This document shows positions 15,110 through 29,840 of a DNA stretch of 64,000 nucleotides, piece after piece. Source of the stretch: the human T2T-CHM13v2.0 reference genome, Homo sapiens. Each line of letters starts with the position of its first letter. Position 1 is the first letter of the stretch. The stretch lies in the NCBI RefSeq assembly GCF_009914755.1, contig NC_060928.1, one strand, 5' to 3'. The position numbers and the translations under genes were made by a program. The notes under the pieces were generated by a model. That model did not search any database, was not told where the DNA came from, and saw only the letters and a program-made list of their open reading frames with translations.

Positions 15110-16127
15110 ATGATGAGTGATCTTTTAATCTGTTCTTGAATTCAGTTTGCTGGTATTTTGTTGAGGATTTTTGCATTTATATCCATCAGTGATATTGGTC
15201 TGTAGTTTTCTTTTTTTAATGTGTTTTTGTTTTTTGTATCAGGGTAATACAGGTCTCATAGAATGAGTTTGGAAGCATTCTCTTCTCTATTTTTCAGAAT
15301 AATTTGAGTAGATTTGGTATTAGGTTTTTAAAAGTTTGGTAGAATTCATCAATGAAGCCTTCAGGTCCTGGGCTTTTCTTGGCTGGGAGACTTTTTATTA
15401 TGGCTTTGCTTTCATTATTCATTATTGATCTGTTCAGGTTTTGGATTTCTTTATGGTTCAATCTTGGTAGGTTGTATGTATCTAGGAATTAATCTATTTC
15501 TTCCAGATTTTCCAATTTATTGGCATATTATTGTTGCTCATAGTAACCACTACTGATTCTTTAAATTTCTGTGGTATTGATTGTAATGTCTCCTTTTTCA
15601 TCTCTAATTTTATTCATTTGGGTCTTCCCCCCTTTTTTTTTCTGAGTCTGGCTAGAATTTTGTCAATTTTGTTTGTCTTTTCACAGAGCCAGCTATTTCT
15701 TTCATTGATCTTTTGTGTTGTTCTTTTCATTTCAGTTTCATTTATTTCTGCTCTAATCTTTATTATTTCTTTTCTACAAGTAATTTGGGGCTTGGTTTGC
15801 TCTTGCTTTTCTAGTTCTTTAGGATGAATCCTTAGGTTATTGATTTGAAATTTTTCTTCTTTTTTGATATAGGTGCTTACAGTTTTAAAATTCCCTCTTA
15901 CTACTGCTCTCACTGTATCCCATGGGTTTTGGCATGTTGTGTTTCCATTACCATTTGTTGCAAGAATATTTTCAATTTTCTTCTTAATCTCTTCATTGAC
16001 TCACTTGTTATTCAGGAGCATATTTTAAAATTCCATGTGTTTGTAGAGTTTACAAAATTTCTCGTTATTGATTTCTAGTTTTTTATCCCTTTGTGGCTAG
16101 ATAATATGCTTGACATTATTTTTTAAA

Positions 16128-16447
16128 TTAATTAATTAATTTATTTATTTTGAGACAGAGTTTCACTCTGTCACCCAGGCTGGAGTGCAGTGGTGAGATC
16201 TTAGCTCACTGCAAGCTCCACCTCCTGGGTTCACACCATTCTCCCACCTCAGCCTCCTGAGTAGCTGGGACTACAGGTACCCGCCACCATGCCCGGCTAA
16301 TTTTTTTTTTTTTTTTTTTTTTTGTATTTTTAGTAGAGACGGGATTTCACCATGTTAGCCAGGATGGTCTCGATCTCCTGACCTTGTGATCTGCCTGCCT
16401 TGGCCTCCCAAAGTGCTGCGATTACAGGTGTGAGCCACCATGCCGGG
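16128..16447 (-). mobile_element. AluY-like with expanded central A tract
   Basis: ctgcaagctcc...ggttcacaccattctcc; T23 at 16301-16323; (TTAA/TTTA)n tail. Confidence 0.95.
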
Positions 16448-18067
16448 ATTTTTTCGGAATGTTTTAAGACCTAACACATGGTCTATCTTTGAGAATGATT
16501 CATGGGATGAGGAAAAAACGTATATTCTGCAACAATTAAATGAAATGTTCTGTAAATATATTTTAGGTCCATTTGGTTTATAGTGCAGATTAAGTCCAAT
16601 GTTTCTTTCTTGTTTCTGTCTGGAGCGTATTTCTACTGTTGAAAATGGGATGTTGAAGTCTCCAGCTATTATTAGACTGGAATCTATCTCCATCTATAGC
16701 TCTAATAATATTTATTTTATATATCCAGGTGCTCCAGTATTGGGTGAATATATATTTACAATTGTTCTATCATCTTGCTAAATTGACCCCTTTATCATTA
16801 TATAATGATCTTCTTTGTCTCTTCTTATAGTTTTGGATTTAAAATCTATTTTGTCTGATATAAGTATAGCAACTCCTGCTCTTTTTTCTTTAGTTTCCTT
16901 TGGTGTGGAATATGTTTTTCCTTCCCTTTATTTTCAGCCTATGTGTGTCCTTATAGGTGAAGTGTGTTTTCTGTAGGCAACAGGTCACTGGATCTTTCTT
17001 CTTCTTCTTTTTTTTTTTCAGCCACTCTATATCTTTATGTTGGAGAGTTAGGTTTGATTTACATTCAATGTTATTATTGATGAATAAGGACTTATTCCTG
17101 CCATTTTGTTATTTGTTTTCAGGTTGTTTTGTGGTCTTCTCTTTCTTCTTTCTTTCATTCTTGTCTTCTTCTAGCGACAATGATTTTTTCTGGTTATATG
17201 ATGTAGTGTCTTGTTTTTTAGTTTTTGTGTGTCTATTGTATGTTTTTTGGTTTGAGATTACCATGAGGTTTGCAAATACTGTCTTTTAACCCATTATTTT
17301 AATCAGATAGCAACTTAAAACTACTTGAATAAACAAAAATGCAAATAGAACACTAATAAAAATTCTGTACTTTAACTTTGTCCCCCGATCCATAACTTAT
17401 TGTTTCTATTTATATATTATTTTACTGCTTATGTCTTGAAGAGTTGTTGTAGTTATTTTTGATTGGTTTATCTTTCAATCTTTCTACTTGAGTATTTTAC
17501 ATACCACAAGAAGAGTGTTATAATAGTGTGTGATTATAAGAGTGTGATTTTCTGTGTACTTACTATTGCCAGTGAGTTTTTTACCTTCAGATGATTTCAT
17601 ATTGCTCCTTAGCATCCTTTTCTTTCTAAACAAAGGGCTCTTTTTTATCATTTCCTGTAGGACAGGTCTAGTGTTGATGAAATACCTCAGCTTTTGTTTG
17701 TCTGGGAAAGTCTTTGTTTCTCCTTCACGTTTAAAGTAGGTTTTTGCCAGATATGGTATTCTAGGGTGACTTTTTTTTAACTTCAGCACTTTAAATATGT
17801 CATGCCACTCTCTCCTGTCCTCTAAGGTTTCCACTGAAAAGTCCACTGCCAGATATATTGGAGCTTCACTGTATGTTAGTTCTTTCTTTTCTCTTGATTC
17901 TTTTATGATCCTTTCTTCATCCTTGACCTTTGGGAGTTTATTAAATGTCTTGAGGTAGTCTTCTTTGGGTTAAATCTGCTTGGTGTTCTATAATCTTCTT
18001 GTACTTGAATACTGAGATAGTTCTCTAGGTTTGGGAAGTTCCCTCTTATTATTCCTTTGAATAAACT

Positions 18068-18140
18068 TTCTCTCTCTCTCTCTCAATCTCTCGCTCTCCC
18101 TCCTGCCCTCCCTCCCTCTCTGCTTCCCTCCCTCCCTCCT
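18068..18140. repeat. (TC)n/(TCCC)n pyrimidine microsatellite within L1 ORF1
   Basis: Seen directly. Confidence 0.85.
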
Positions 18141-20326
18141 CTTTAAGGTTAAGTACTCTTATATTTTCCCTTTTGAGGCTATTTTCTGGGTCTTGTAGGC
18201 ATGCTTCATTTTTTAATTCTTTTTTCTTTTGTTTCCTCTGACTGTGTATTTTCCAATAGCCTGTCTTCAGTCTCACTAATTCTCTCTTCTGGTTGATGAA
18301 TTCTTCTAGTAAGTGACTCTGATGTATTCTTCAGTACATTCATTGCATTTTTCATCTCCAGAATTTCTGTTTGATCCTTTATAATTATTTCAATCCCTTT
18401 GTTCAATTTCTTTGATAGAATTTTGAATTCCTTCTCTGTGTTATCTTGAATTTCTTTGAGTTTCCTCAAAACAGCTATTTTAAATTCTCCACCTGGAAGA
18501 CAACACATCTCAGTTTCTCCAGGATTGTTTCCTGGTGCCTTATTTAGTTTGTTTAGTGAGGCCATGTTTTCCTGAAGGGTCTTGATGATTGTGGATGTTA
18601 AGTAGTGTCTGGACACTGTAGGATTAGGTATTTATTGTAGTGTTTGCCATCTGGGCTTGTATGTGCCTGTTATCCTTGGGAAGGATCTACAATCAGAGGT
18701 GGTGGAGCCAGCCAGTCTTGTGTTGTTCTCATCAGGATGGTGATTTCCCTCAGGCCCTGGGCAGGTCCAGAGATGCCATTTGTACCCAAAGACTGGAGTC
18801 AAAACCTTAGAAATCTACCTTGCACTCTATTCTATGGTGGGTGAACTGACACTCAAACCACATGACACAGACTTTCTCACTCTTCCCTCCGCTTCCACAG
18901 GCAGAGGTGCTTCATCCCACGGCCACCATCATCACAGGCCCACGGGGGCCTACTAGGCTACCGCTGATATTCAGTTACCACCCAAGGGCTCTCCAGTCAG
19001 CTTGTGGTAAATTCTGCCAGGCCTGGGACTCACCCTTCATGACAGTGGGCTCCTCTCCAGCCCAGTGCAGGTCAAGAAGTGCTGTCTAATGGGAGCCAGA
19101 GCCTGGAATCAAGAACCCCAAGAGTCCACTTGGTGCCCTACCCCACAGTGACCTAGTTGGTACTTGATTTTTGGTTCCTATGAATGTGCTCCCTTTGTGT
19201 AGATAGTTGTCAAACTTAGTCTTCCTACTGGGAGGGATGATCGGTGGAACGCTCCATTCTACCATCTTGCTCCACTTCTCCAATCCATCTAATTTTGATG
19301 TGTGGCACTTGGTAGTTGATTGATGCCACATACATGAACTATACTGTAGTCTAGACTTTTGCTTTAATAAAAGTATAAATTTGCCTTAATCTCCTTGTTT
19401 TTGTTGTCTCTTTATTGTTCTGAATTTAGGTGCAGGAAAGTAGTCCAAAAACCCTGGTCTGTGAAACTTTCCATAAAAATTTCAGTTAAAAGTGTCATCC
19501 TCCTCTGAAATTCTATAGTATTGAAAAGGTAACACTCTCAAAGAGGGCTTTTTATTTTATATTCGTCTGTGAGCCATTTCTCTGTGGTAAGACTATAAGA
19601 AGCAGGAATAAAGAATAGATTACCTTATACTTCTATTATCCTTTTTAGATCCTGGTTAGATTGTAGGCACTTTAAAATTTGAGTGTGTTTACCTATTTTC
19701 TCACTTCACATTTTCCTTGTCCCAAAGATATTTTATGCACCTTTATCTTTCCATCTGCATGTTTAAATATTAAATATTAAATAATTTGCAAAAATAATTA
19801 TAATTGCTCTATATAAGAATAAGAATCTTTAAAAAAGTAATTACATGTACATTGTTGTCTCATTAACATTTTACTAAAATAATTTTTAATTTACCTGAAA
19901 TTTTCTGACATTGTAATATTTTTTCATGTTATAAAATAGCCTAATGTACAAGAAAATATTACCAAGTGACATAACATGAAAAGCCCTTTGTAAGCTCCTG
20001 GTGCAATTTTTAATACCATTTTGGTACTAAGATTAGAAGACTTCAAAAATAATTTATTCTGAAGATATTTTGGCCATTAAAATATTTTCTAAAATATTAT
20101 AAAAACAGAACTTTCTGATTTTGTCTCTTTCTCTGTTGTACTTTATGTTCCTCCTTACATGCTAGTAAGTCTTTATGTGGTCTCTATTTTTCTTCTCTTT
20201 TTTAGATGTCATATTCATACTAGTTAATCATCCACAGTCAGCTACGGGGAGATCGCTGCTTTAAGGCTATATTCATCAGCTTGGTGGTTATGATGTTTTG
20301 GTGATTTATGGATGTTTATGACTCAC

Positions 20327-20544
20327 GTATGGATACAAATGAGGGCTGTCACTGTCCCATCGCCTTCCTTCCCAGGTCACTATAGTGCCATACCATCCGT
20401 GAACTAAGCCAAATAGACAAAAATCTATAATTGCAAAACTAGTCACACCTCCAGTAGAAAAGAACCTCAAGACAGATAGCTCCACACAGTCTTAGGTAAA
20501 CCAGCACACTGCAGTGGCATAGATGACTTTGAACTGCACCAGCT
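20327..20544 (-). other. Candidate non-coding exon (218 nt)
   Basis: Minus-strand acceptor ttcaattttgtttttAG and donor TAC|GTGAGT in unique sequence; stops in all three frames. Confidence 0.3.
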
Positions 20545-22177
20545 CTAAAAACAAAATTGAATATGATATTTAGACATTCTCATTACACATGTGTGCATCA
20601 TCAGGAGGCATGTTTTCACTTCTGTCTCTCTGGCTTAGATTTTCAAGGCAAGACTTTGAAAAAGAACTGCTTGAAGGAGAGAGACAGAGGAACTATACAC
20701 ATCCTTATATGCTGAATTTTCACATTAGTTAGTCCTTAGGTCAGCCTTATTGGATGAGGCATTGGTGATGATGAGGCAGCTTGCAGGCATCCCCCTGAAA
20801 ATACCAGTCGAAACCCAGGTTGTGAAACTGCCAAGTGCTGACAAGGATATATCAACAGGCTGGAGGAGATATAAAAGAAATGGTCCTTGGCCCATGACGT
20901 ATGTACTGTATCTGGGATATTTAATGATGAAGATGAAAAAACATCAACCTGTGTTTATCTAATCTATTATTTCAGCACTGATGTTTATAGCAGATTAAAA
21001 ATGACTGGTCATAATTGAAAGAAATGTAAAAGAAACAGTAATTTATACTACATGAAAATATTTTTCATGGCTAAATCAAATGAGCATTATGTTTTAAGGG
21101 ATTAAATATATGCTTAACTACCAGATTTCTACAAATCATGCTAAAATTAAATCAGGAATATACACAATTAAAACAGCCAATGGTAATTATTTAATAAGAG
21201 TGATTATTATAGAACATTAGTCTTTAAAATAGTATTATATTGAAATTAGCTATCTGTGATAGTCATTATATTATACTAAATATTTTACATTTATTTCTAA
21301 AATAATGTAATGTTATAGCAATTTTAATTTATATTATGTAAGAAATGGTCCTCTGGTAGCCAGGCAATTGTCTCAACTAGTATAACAGGTGAGAAAGTTC
21401 CCTGTAAATTGTGACATGCAATTCAACTATAACCTTTAAAAAAATAAAATTAGAAAGTTTCAAAAATTTTAGATTTCAGATACACTGGCATTAAAAAAAG
21501 TCTTAGAAGACATATCCACCCTCTAGAAACAGGAAAGTCGGCTAACTCAATTTTCCAAAACATATACTCTGAAATGTTACTATGTATATAAGAATTTTAA
21601 TGATTAAAAGATTAAGAAAATGATTAAAAATTATACCATTATTTCAAAGTTCAAACTATGTATAATTTTGTATTTTCACACTTGACTCATTTCTTATCTT
21701 TCCTTCTAACTTTCCTGTTTTCTCTCCTTGTCTTTGGAAATTATAACTTAAATATTTCTCTCCAGACTTGTATCATGTCTAATGTATGACAATTTTATGT
21801 CATCGCTGAGGGAATGAAGAACCTCTTTAACTTAACTAATGTCACATGTCCTGATAGTGACGTGTTTGACAGAGATTTGCCATCACAGTTCAAGGATGCA
21901 GGCTCCTTTAAGAATATTGTCTCTGACCGAGACATTTAGATATGCAGGAGGTCATGTGGTGTGCCTCCACCTGGAGGCAAGGGGTTCCCTGACTCCACAT
22001 AGCTGCTGGAAACCTCAGCCATCTATGAGCATGCCTGCATGAATTAAAGATTCCAGTGGATGCAAGAAGATTAGATCTCTGATTCACATGAGTTCTTTAT
22101 GCATTCCAGGCTTCTCAGCAGAATCTGGCAAAACCACCAGGGCAATAGCCCTAACATTGAGAGTGTGCCCAGAAATA

Positions 22178-22945
<768 letters not shown>

Positions 22946-22959
22946 ATATCTAGGAGGCC

Positions 22960-23470
22960 AGTGGTCCTTGAAGTGCCATGAATGGGCTGGAGTGCATAGA
23001 GCGGTAGGTTGAGGTCATACAAATAAAAGCTATGAGATTGCCTAGGGCCTTGTGGGTGGGTGGTAACATCTCAGGTTTTTACTCTGAATGATACAGGGTT
23101 TTGAACAGCAGAGTGACATGAACTGATTTTTAAAAAGATAGCACTGGCTGGCAGATATAGACTTGTCTGTAGGTTGGCAAGGGTAAAAGTGAAGAGACAG
23201 CTTGCAAGCTTTCATGAATATCCAGGCAAGAGATAACACCGGATAGATAACAGTGCTAACAGCCAGAGCTGCTGCCAAGTGGTCAGGTTCAGAAATTAGA
23301 ATTTTGAAAGTAGATGGGATAGGATTTAATGATAAATTCCACGTGGGATATGACAGAGAGTGGAATCAAGCAAGGATCTAATGTTTTGGTCTGAGCAATT
23401 GGAAAGTGAGAATTGCTATTAAATGAGATGGGAAATGTTTGGGCATAGTAGATTTAGGGGATGTGAACAA
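22960..23470 (-). mobile_element. L2 fragment
   Basis: ttttgaacagcagagtgacatga, tccaggcaagagataa, ttttggtctgagcaattggaaag motifs. Confidence 0.75.
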
Positions 23471-25625
23471 AAGCAGTCTAGAACTCCTGTTATTTGCCCG
23501 TTAGGTTTCCTAGACTTCAGGGTTTCCATTTCTCTGTGTTTTGAGCTATTTCTTTACTTGATCATTTAAGACACAAATCCCCATCTTGATAGAAATCGTT
23601 CTCCTCTTCAATTCATCCTTGTATTATACTTTTCTTTCATTATAAAATTTCATTTATATTTGTCACCACTTAATAAGAAAGTCATGACTACTTACTACAC
23701 TTAAGAGTAAGTGCCCATTTGCTCTTCCCAGGTTCTTTATTCTCTGCCTTTTTATTCTTTCTTGTCATGGTCCAGCAAACAAAGGGTAAAAATCCAGTGC
23801 AGTATGATATACTGACCTACTTAAAAACATGCAAAGGACTTTTGTAGCTGTCTTATTAATATGCTTGAAATTGTCTTCTTCAATTTATTTAAAAGGCCTC
23901 CTTTACAAACAGCACAGACAAAAGATTATTCAGCACTGGAAAAAGATAGCCTTCTTTTAAAGTGATTACACCTCTTTGTAGAAAATAATATTTAGGAACA
24001 TTCAAATAGATAAGGTTTTTAATGAGAATACTGATGTTGCTATGTAGACACTTGGAGCAAGAATTATTTACTTTGTTTAACACGTGGCTTATCTGCCATT
24101 AATTAATTAATTAGTTTATTGTTCCTCCAACAGAAATTCATTATTGAGTTCCTACATGTGTCTGAGATTGTGGAGAATGGAGCATAAAACTTACTTTTGA
24201 CTCATTTATTTCCTTTGGGAAGTTCTTAAAATGCCTTAGAGATATCACTTTTAAGACAGAACACACTCGTTTGTAGTATGATGAGGTTGACATGGGATAT
24301 TTACATTTTTCAGGCTGCTTCTTCTGGCACTTGACCACACGAGGCTACTTTAACATCGGTGTTGGGCAGTTTCTGAAGCCTTTTCCTTTACTCCCAGCCA
24401 TTGTTTTCCGTGGTTTGGTGTTAACATCTATATCTGTCTAAGCCCCACTCCTAACTGAGCCTTCCTGGGCTGGCAGCAATGGCAACATCCAGAGACCTGG
24501 GAGCCTGGGAGCCACATCATGTGTTGGGGGAAACAAGTGAGTGGAAGGACAGGGGAGGATAATAGCTGGTGTGTTTCAAGGATGGATTACTGGAACAGAG
24601 AGTCAGAGTCAGTGATTAATACACAATTTCTTAATCATAATTGGAAAGACAAAATATTCCTAATTAGAGAATAAAAAAATGAGTAGCAGATATGACAGCA
24701 GAAGAAATGAGAAAGAGTACGAATTATGAGTTAGTTTTCAGTGACCCCAGTGTTTATACCATTGGACCAACCTCCCATCCACGTATTTTTGAAAGCTGCA
24801 ATGCTTTTAACTGGATAACAAAAGACTGCTGAGTAAATGAGGATACACACATAGCTAGCAACTAAAATATGCCCTCATAAGCCTATGTATGAATCATTAC
24901 ATAATATATGTCTTAAGACTGAGTCTGACCAGACCAGAAATTTCTGAGCAAACCAAGATAAAAGAAATTAGTTGCTTTAATTCTCATTGATGCAGCTTCC
25001 TGCAGTGGGAGAAATCTATGCCGTTTGTCTTAGGCTTAGGTTCCAGAGCCTTCCTTAAATGCTCTTTAGAATCTAACTTTTTCCAGCTGATTAACTTTCC
25101 TTCCACTTTGTCTGTTGGCCTTATCCTGACTCCTACTCATGAGCTCATCTGCCTCAATCCTGACAGATGTATCACTTGTTCTTAAGCCCTCTGTGAGATG
25201 CATGTCATCTTGACCACATCCTGTCTGACTCTGTCTTCTGCCCAAGACTGATGAACCCAATCCACTTTATCTACTTGGGACAAACGTTGTTGCAATGAAC
25301 AGACCTTCCTACCTCTATTCTAAGCTGACTTGTATTGGCTAAGCTTGGGGTCACAATTTTCATTACTGTTCAGTGCACACCATCATTTCCTTCCAGGGTC
25401 ATAGTTAGAACTTTGACTAACATAAGAATGTTATCTTTGCTAATAGTAGGATCAATAACATGCATCCACTGATTATTGCTGTTGTCACACTGTATTCCAT
25501 TACTGTGGTCTATATTCTTATTATATGATATTAAACCAACCACAAACTTTACACAATCCAATTCTTCCTACCTAAAGTGGCAGACAGGGAAGAAATACAA
25601 TACAATCAGAATGTCTTTCTTTGTA

Positions 25626-25991
25626 TAGTTTGAGTATCCCATATTGGAAGTGCTTGGGACCACAGTGTTTCTGACTGCAAATTTTTTTGGGATATTGGAG
25701 TATTTGCATATACATAATGAGATATATTGGGGATAGGACTAATATGTCTAAAGTCTAAAGACAAAATACATTTATGTTTCATATATATATCTTATGTACA
25801 AGGCTTTAAGGTAATATAATATTTTAAATAATTTTGTTCATGAAATAAAGTTTTGACTACTTTTAGACTCAACCTGTCACATGAGGTCCACTGTGGAATT
25901 TTCCACTTGTGGCATCATGTCACTGCTCAAAAAGTTTCAGATTCTGGAGCATTTCAAATGTTGGATTTTTGGATCAGCAATGCTCAACCGG
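25626..25991. mobile_element. Tigger4b/MER46-like TcMar element
   Basis: TIR-like ends tagtttgagtatcc...atgctcaaccgg, both flanked by TA; gtggaattttccacttgtggcatcatgtc. Confidence 0.85.
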
Positions 25992-28900
25992 TATTTGTGT
26001 TTGCCTTCGATTTTTTGAATGGAAATTGAAACTCACGTCTCAGAGAATGTTGAGGTATTCTGTAGATGCAGATGACTATACAGGTGTTTGTAGCTGGAAG
26101 TAAAAGTTAAAATTTCAGAGAAACAAAAAAGACATAAAATTTTTAAAATTTATAAGAAAATAACAAATTAATACAATTATAAGGATCCAAGTATTGCCCA
26201 AAAACACTGGAGTGTGCTTTGAAGAAAAGGAGGTATCCTTGTCTTGTGATGCTGGTGAGATAAAACGCAATAGGAGCTGAGTGTCTTCACAGAGCTCTAA
26301 AGAAAGGCAGGGAACTGCTGGGCTGAGAAGAATTTTGGAATTTGTGGCAAGAAAGGACACATTAGTCTTTCTATCTCTCCTGTCTTTCAAATACTGTCCG
26401 TAATGGTAGCTGTCATGCATTCTTTCATTGCTCTTCAAGGGATTTATCAGGACACATTATTTCATCGTGTATTATTAAATCAGTCTTTAAAATATCCTGA
26501 TATTTTAAAATCAAACACGCAATAAAACCTTTGCTAGACTAAGTGACAGTATAAGTTTGAAAGTAGCCAGCTGCCTAAAATATTGCACATTTTTCAAAAC
26601 CTAATTTAAGTATACTTTTTTTTATGGTGGGAAAAAAGTGAATCTTTCATTGAATTTTGAAGACAAATCAGGATTCTTAGGTAGAAATGGGCATCTGGCT
26701 ATCACTAACTCGAGTGTGCATTTTGCTGCACTTCAGTAAAATTTTGATGGCTTCACCATATTTTTGAGTGGTTTTGCAGATAGCTTGGGTAGAACAAGGG
26801 ATGGAACTATATTTATATTTTTATAGACGCTATCTTTGTTAAGCAGATATTTTCTTTTGAAAGCTTATAAAAATGACACTTATTCCAGGGAGAAATGTTC
26901 TCAAACTGAACATCATGCCTCTGAAGACAGAATGATGTAGTGAGGTCTTAGTGGCTGAAAAAAATATCAAGAAAGATTTGATAGAACTTATCAAAGGATT
27001 TAAGGAATTTAAAAAGGTTCCAAAATGGTGTGAAACTTATATCACAGATATTGATATTTAAATACGACTGTGTTGTCAATAGACAGAGGTTATGTCAAAA
27101 GATTGAATTGTGGTCAGCAGAATTTAGCCTAATCTTCTCAGTACTAGAGATTTTTTCCACATGAACAGGTACAGGGGGCTTACATTTAGCTAGATCATTG
27201 TTGAGTGTTGACATTTTCCTAGTGGAGTATGTCTGAATTGTCCCTTATTCTCTCATTTTGTATTTCATAGGGACTCAACTCTTCCGCATTCTTTTTCCCA
27301 TTTATTTTCTTTTTTATTCCCATTCCTGGGCTGTTAAGGACATACATTGTCTTTTCTTATTTTACAGAGAACAAAAGTGTGACTTAATAGATTTCCCAAA
27401 GTGACAAGTAAATTATTAAGAAGTTAGGAGCTGGGTTAATAGGTCCCCAGTTGAAAAAGGACATGATTCTAATGATGCATTGCCACAAGACTGCTTAACA
27501 GTATCCATCTTAACCGCCTAGTAGAGCTCCTGTGACCGAGCCATGGAAATCTCCATGGGTTTCCTGATGCAAAGGAAGAAGTGTGGGCTTCCCTGTTGAG
27601 ATCAGGTTGTCCTCAGGTTGAAGTCTAGTGGTTCCAGCCTTCTTCTAATGCCTTCCTTTCAGAAGATGGTTTCTGGGGGTAGGGTTAGTATGGAAATTAT
27701 GACTACAACATTAAAGTGGCCAAACTGACTTTTGGGAATTATCTAGTCAAACAGAGCTGAACCTTTTAAGAAACTGTGAGGTGAAGTGTGCCTGAGTGTT
27801 CTGTCTCCTGGTAGGGTTCATTGTAAGCTCTGCTTTCTGTATTCTAAATGAAATGCCAGTATCCTTTTCTCCTAACTACGATTTGGGTCTCTGCAGGGTG
27901 TACAAAACCAATAGTGACAGTAGAGGAATCCCTTGGAGGAAATAAGTTTCTTATTATTTTAATCAAGCACATCAATTCAAGTCTTTATATTCCCAGGTTT
28001 TACAGCCATACATGATGTCATTTTCATATAAAAAAATCTTTGGAGCACTTTTTATTTAAGGTTTTATATCTATTTCGATAAAAAATCTATTTCAGCCACT
28101 GCAGGCTCTGCTTTTGGCACAAAAGTTTTGCTGTGCTGTTCAATTCAAATCAAGCCATATTCTTCCACCTGCTGTCTGCTGCTGCAGTGCCCAAGAAGCC
28201 GCTACTGTTGTTTGCCTTCTTGCTGATATAAGTGCTTGTCCCATAGGAAAGGCATCAGAGGGGAGCCCACATATTTAGCAACCAGTGGGGATTCTTACAG
28301 AAAGATAAAGAATATAAATGTAAGTCACCTGTTTGAACTAGTGAAGGCAAAACTGCTATATCCTAAGCTTACAGGGCCTAGGAAGGAGATAAGGGAAATA
28401 ACTAGAATATGGATAGTTAAATAATTTGTATTAAATTTAGCCTCTTTGCCCAAGGAAGGCAATGGGTATCTCACAGGGGAAATTTTTCTTTTCTTTTCAG
28501 TTTAAAGCAGGTGGAAAAGAAGTCTACCATGTTTATTGTTCTAGAAAACTAGGTTTTGTTCCCAACATAATAACATAAAATCTATGGGGTTCATTTTGTT
28601 CAGTAGATAAAGTTAAATTTTAGATTAAATTTTCTGCTGAAAAGTTTTATATAAAGAGAGATAAAGCTGCTCAGCAGGCCTAGTTCAAAAACACTTAAGA
28701 CAGCTCCTTATGTCCTATCGTGGAAGGAGAAAGAAATCAGAGGCCCCCTCTGGGCATGGGTGGGCTCTGACTCGGGGCTGCTTTGTCTCCACATCACACC
28801 TATCCGGGGTCTTCACGATTTCTGCAGTCAGCAAAAGTTGAGTGAATGCTTGGGAAATGTTTGCAGGAGGTGTCAGGAAACAAAACACCCTGTCATTAGA

Positions 28901-29602
28901 GAGCTTTTAGTCAAGTGTTGAGTTTACACTCCACACCTTTGTTCCAGTGACATTTACGTGCATTGGGTCATCATCAATCTGGAGAAACTGTGCATCTCAG
29001 GATATCACTCACAGTGAGTCAAAGAAAAATACCAAGAATTAGCAATGGAAGTAGCCAACTGATTTTTAGGGTTCTTTTAAAATCATTCTATCTGCTTTTT
29101 TTTTTTCCTGTTGTTCATAAAAATCAATAACTCTTAGTTGTGTCTCCTGAAAGAAAGAGATTGGGACATACCAAATCCCTGAATCTTGACTAGCAGCTGA
29201 CTACCTGCCTAGACTCATGAGATATTAACTTAGTACAGCAGATGGTCAAGCAAATGTCCATCTTATTACTAGTTCCATAGTAATATTGATATGTATTTTA
29301 AATCAATATGTATTCTCTTACAATAGTGAATTTGGTGAACTGTCTATAAGCCTTGATCATACTTCTTGCTTAATCCAAGAAAGATTGAATTTTCTGCTCT
29401 GAGACTCTAAACTGTAAGACCCATATCCTGATCTTTGATCTCTAAGGTTTATTACTCTCATTTTCAGAAGTGACATAAATTTTTTTTATCACAATCTATT
29501 CCCATTTAAACTTCACGTATGTATGTCCTTCAGTAAACATGGTGCTGTGTTCTATGGCCTTTTTATGATTCATTTTTAACCTCAACTCACATAATAAAGG
29601 CT

Positions 29603-29840
29603 GACAGTGTAATGCGTGGTTTGAGACATTGGCTTCTGGTACAAGATGGTGTAGGTTCAAATCCCTGCTCCCCTGCTTGCTAGTTGTGTGACCTCAGGCA
29701 AGTGACTTAACTTCTGTTGTCTCAATTTTCTCATCTGTCAAATGGAGATAACAATGGCTCAGATGATTATATGAGCTAATAGACATAAAACACTTGGAAT
29801 AGGGCCTGGCATGTGATAAGCCCAATTTGAGTGCATATTA
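29603..29840 (+). mobile_element. MIR, near full length
   Basis: ggttcaaatccc...tagttgtgtgacctcaggcaagtgacttaac...ctcatctgtcaaatggagataac. Confidence 0.9.

Larger units (their letters stand above)
15110..19281 (-). mobile_element. Old L1M (L1MA-type): 5'UTR, ORF1 and 5' part of ORF2; 3' part absent
   Basis: Minus-strand start gagaagtggagcaagatgg near 19280; ORF1 remnants (18206..18616, 17484..17846 with FPDKQKLR); EN remnant (IIAGDFN). Confidence 0.9.

Noticed and set aside
26486-26509. 11-bp AT-rich palindrome (tttaaaatatc ct gatattttaaa)
   Set aside because: Short and AT-rich; plausible by chance in this composition.
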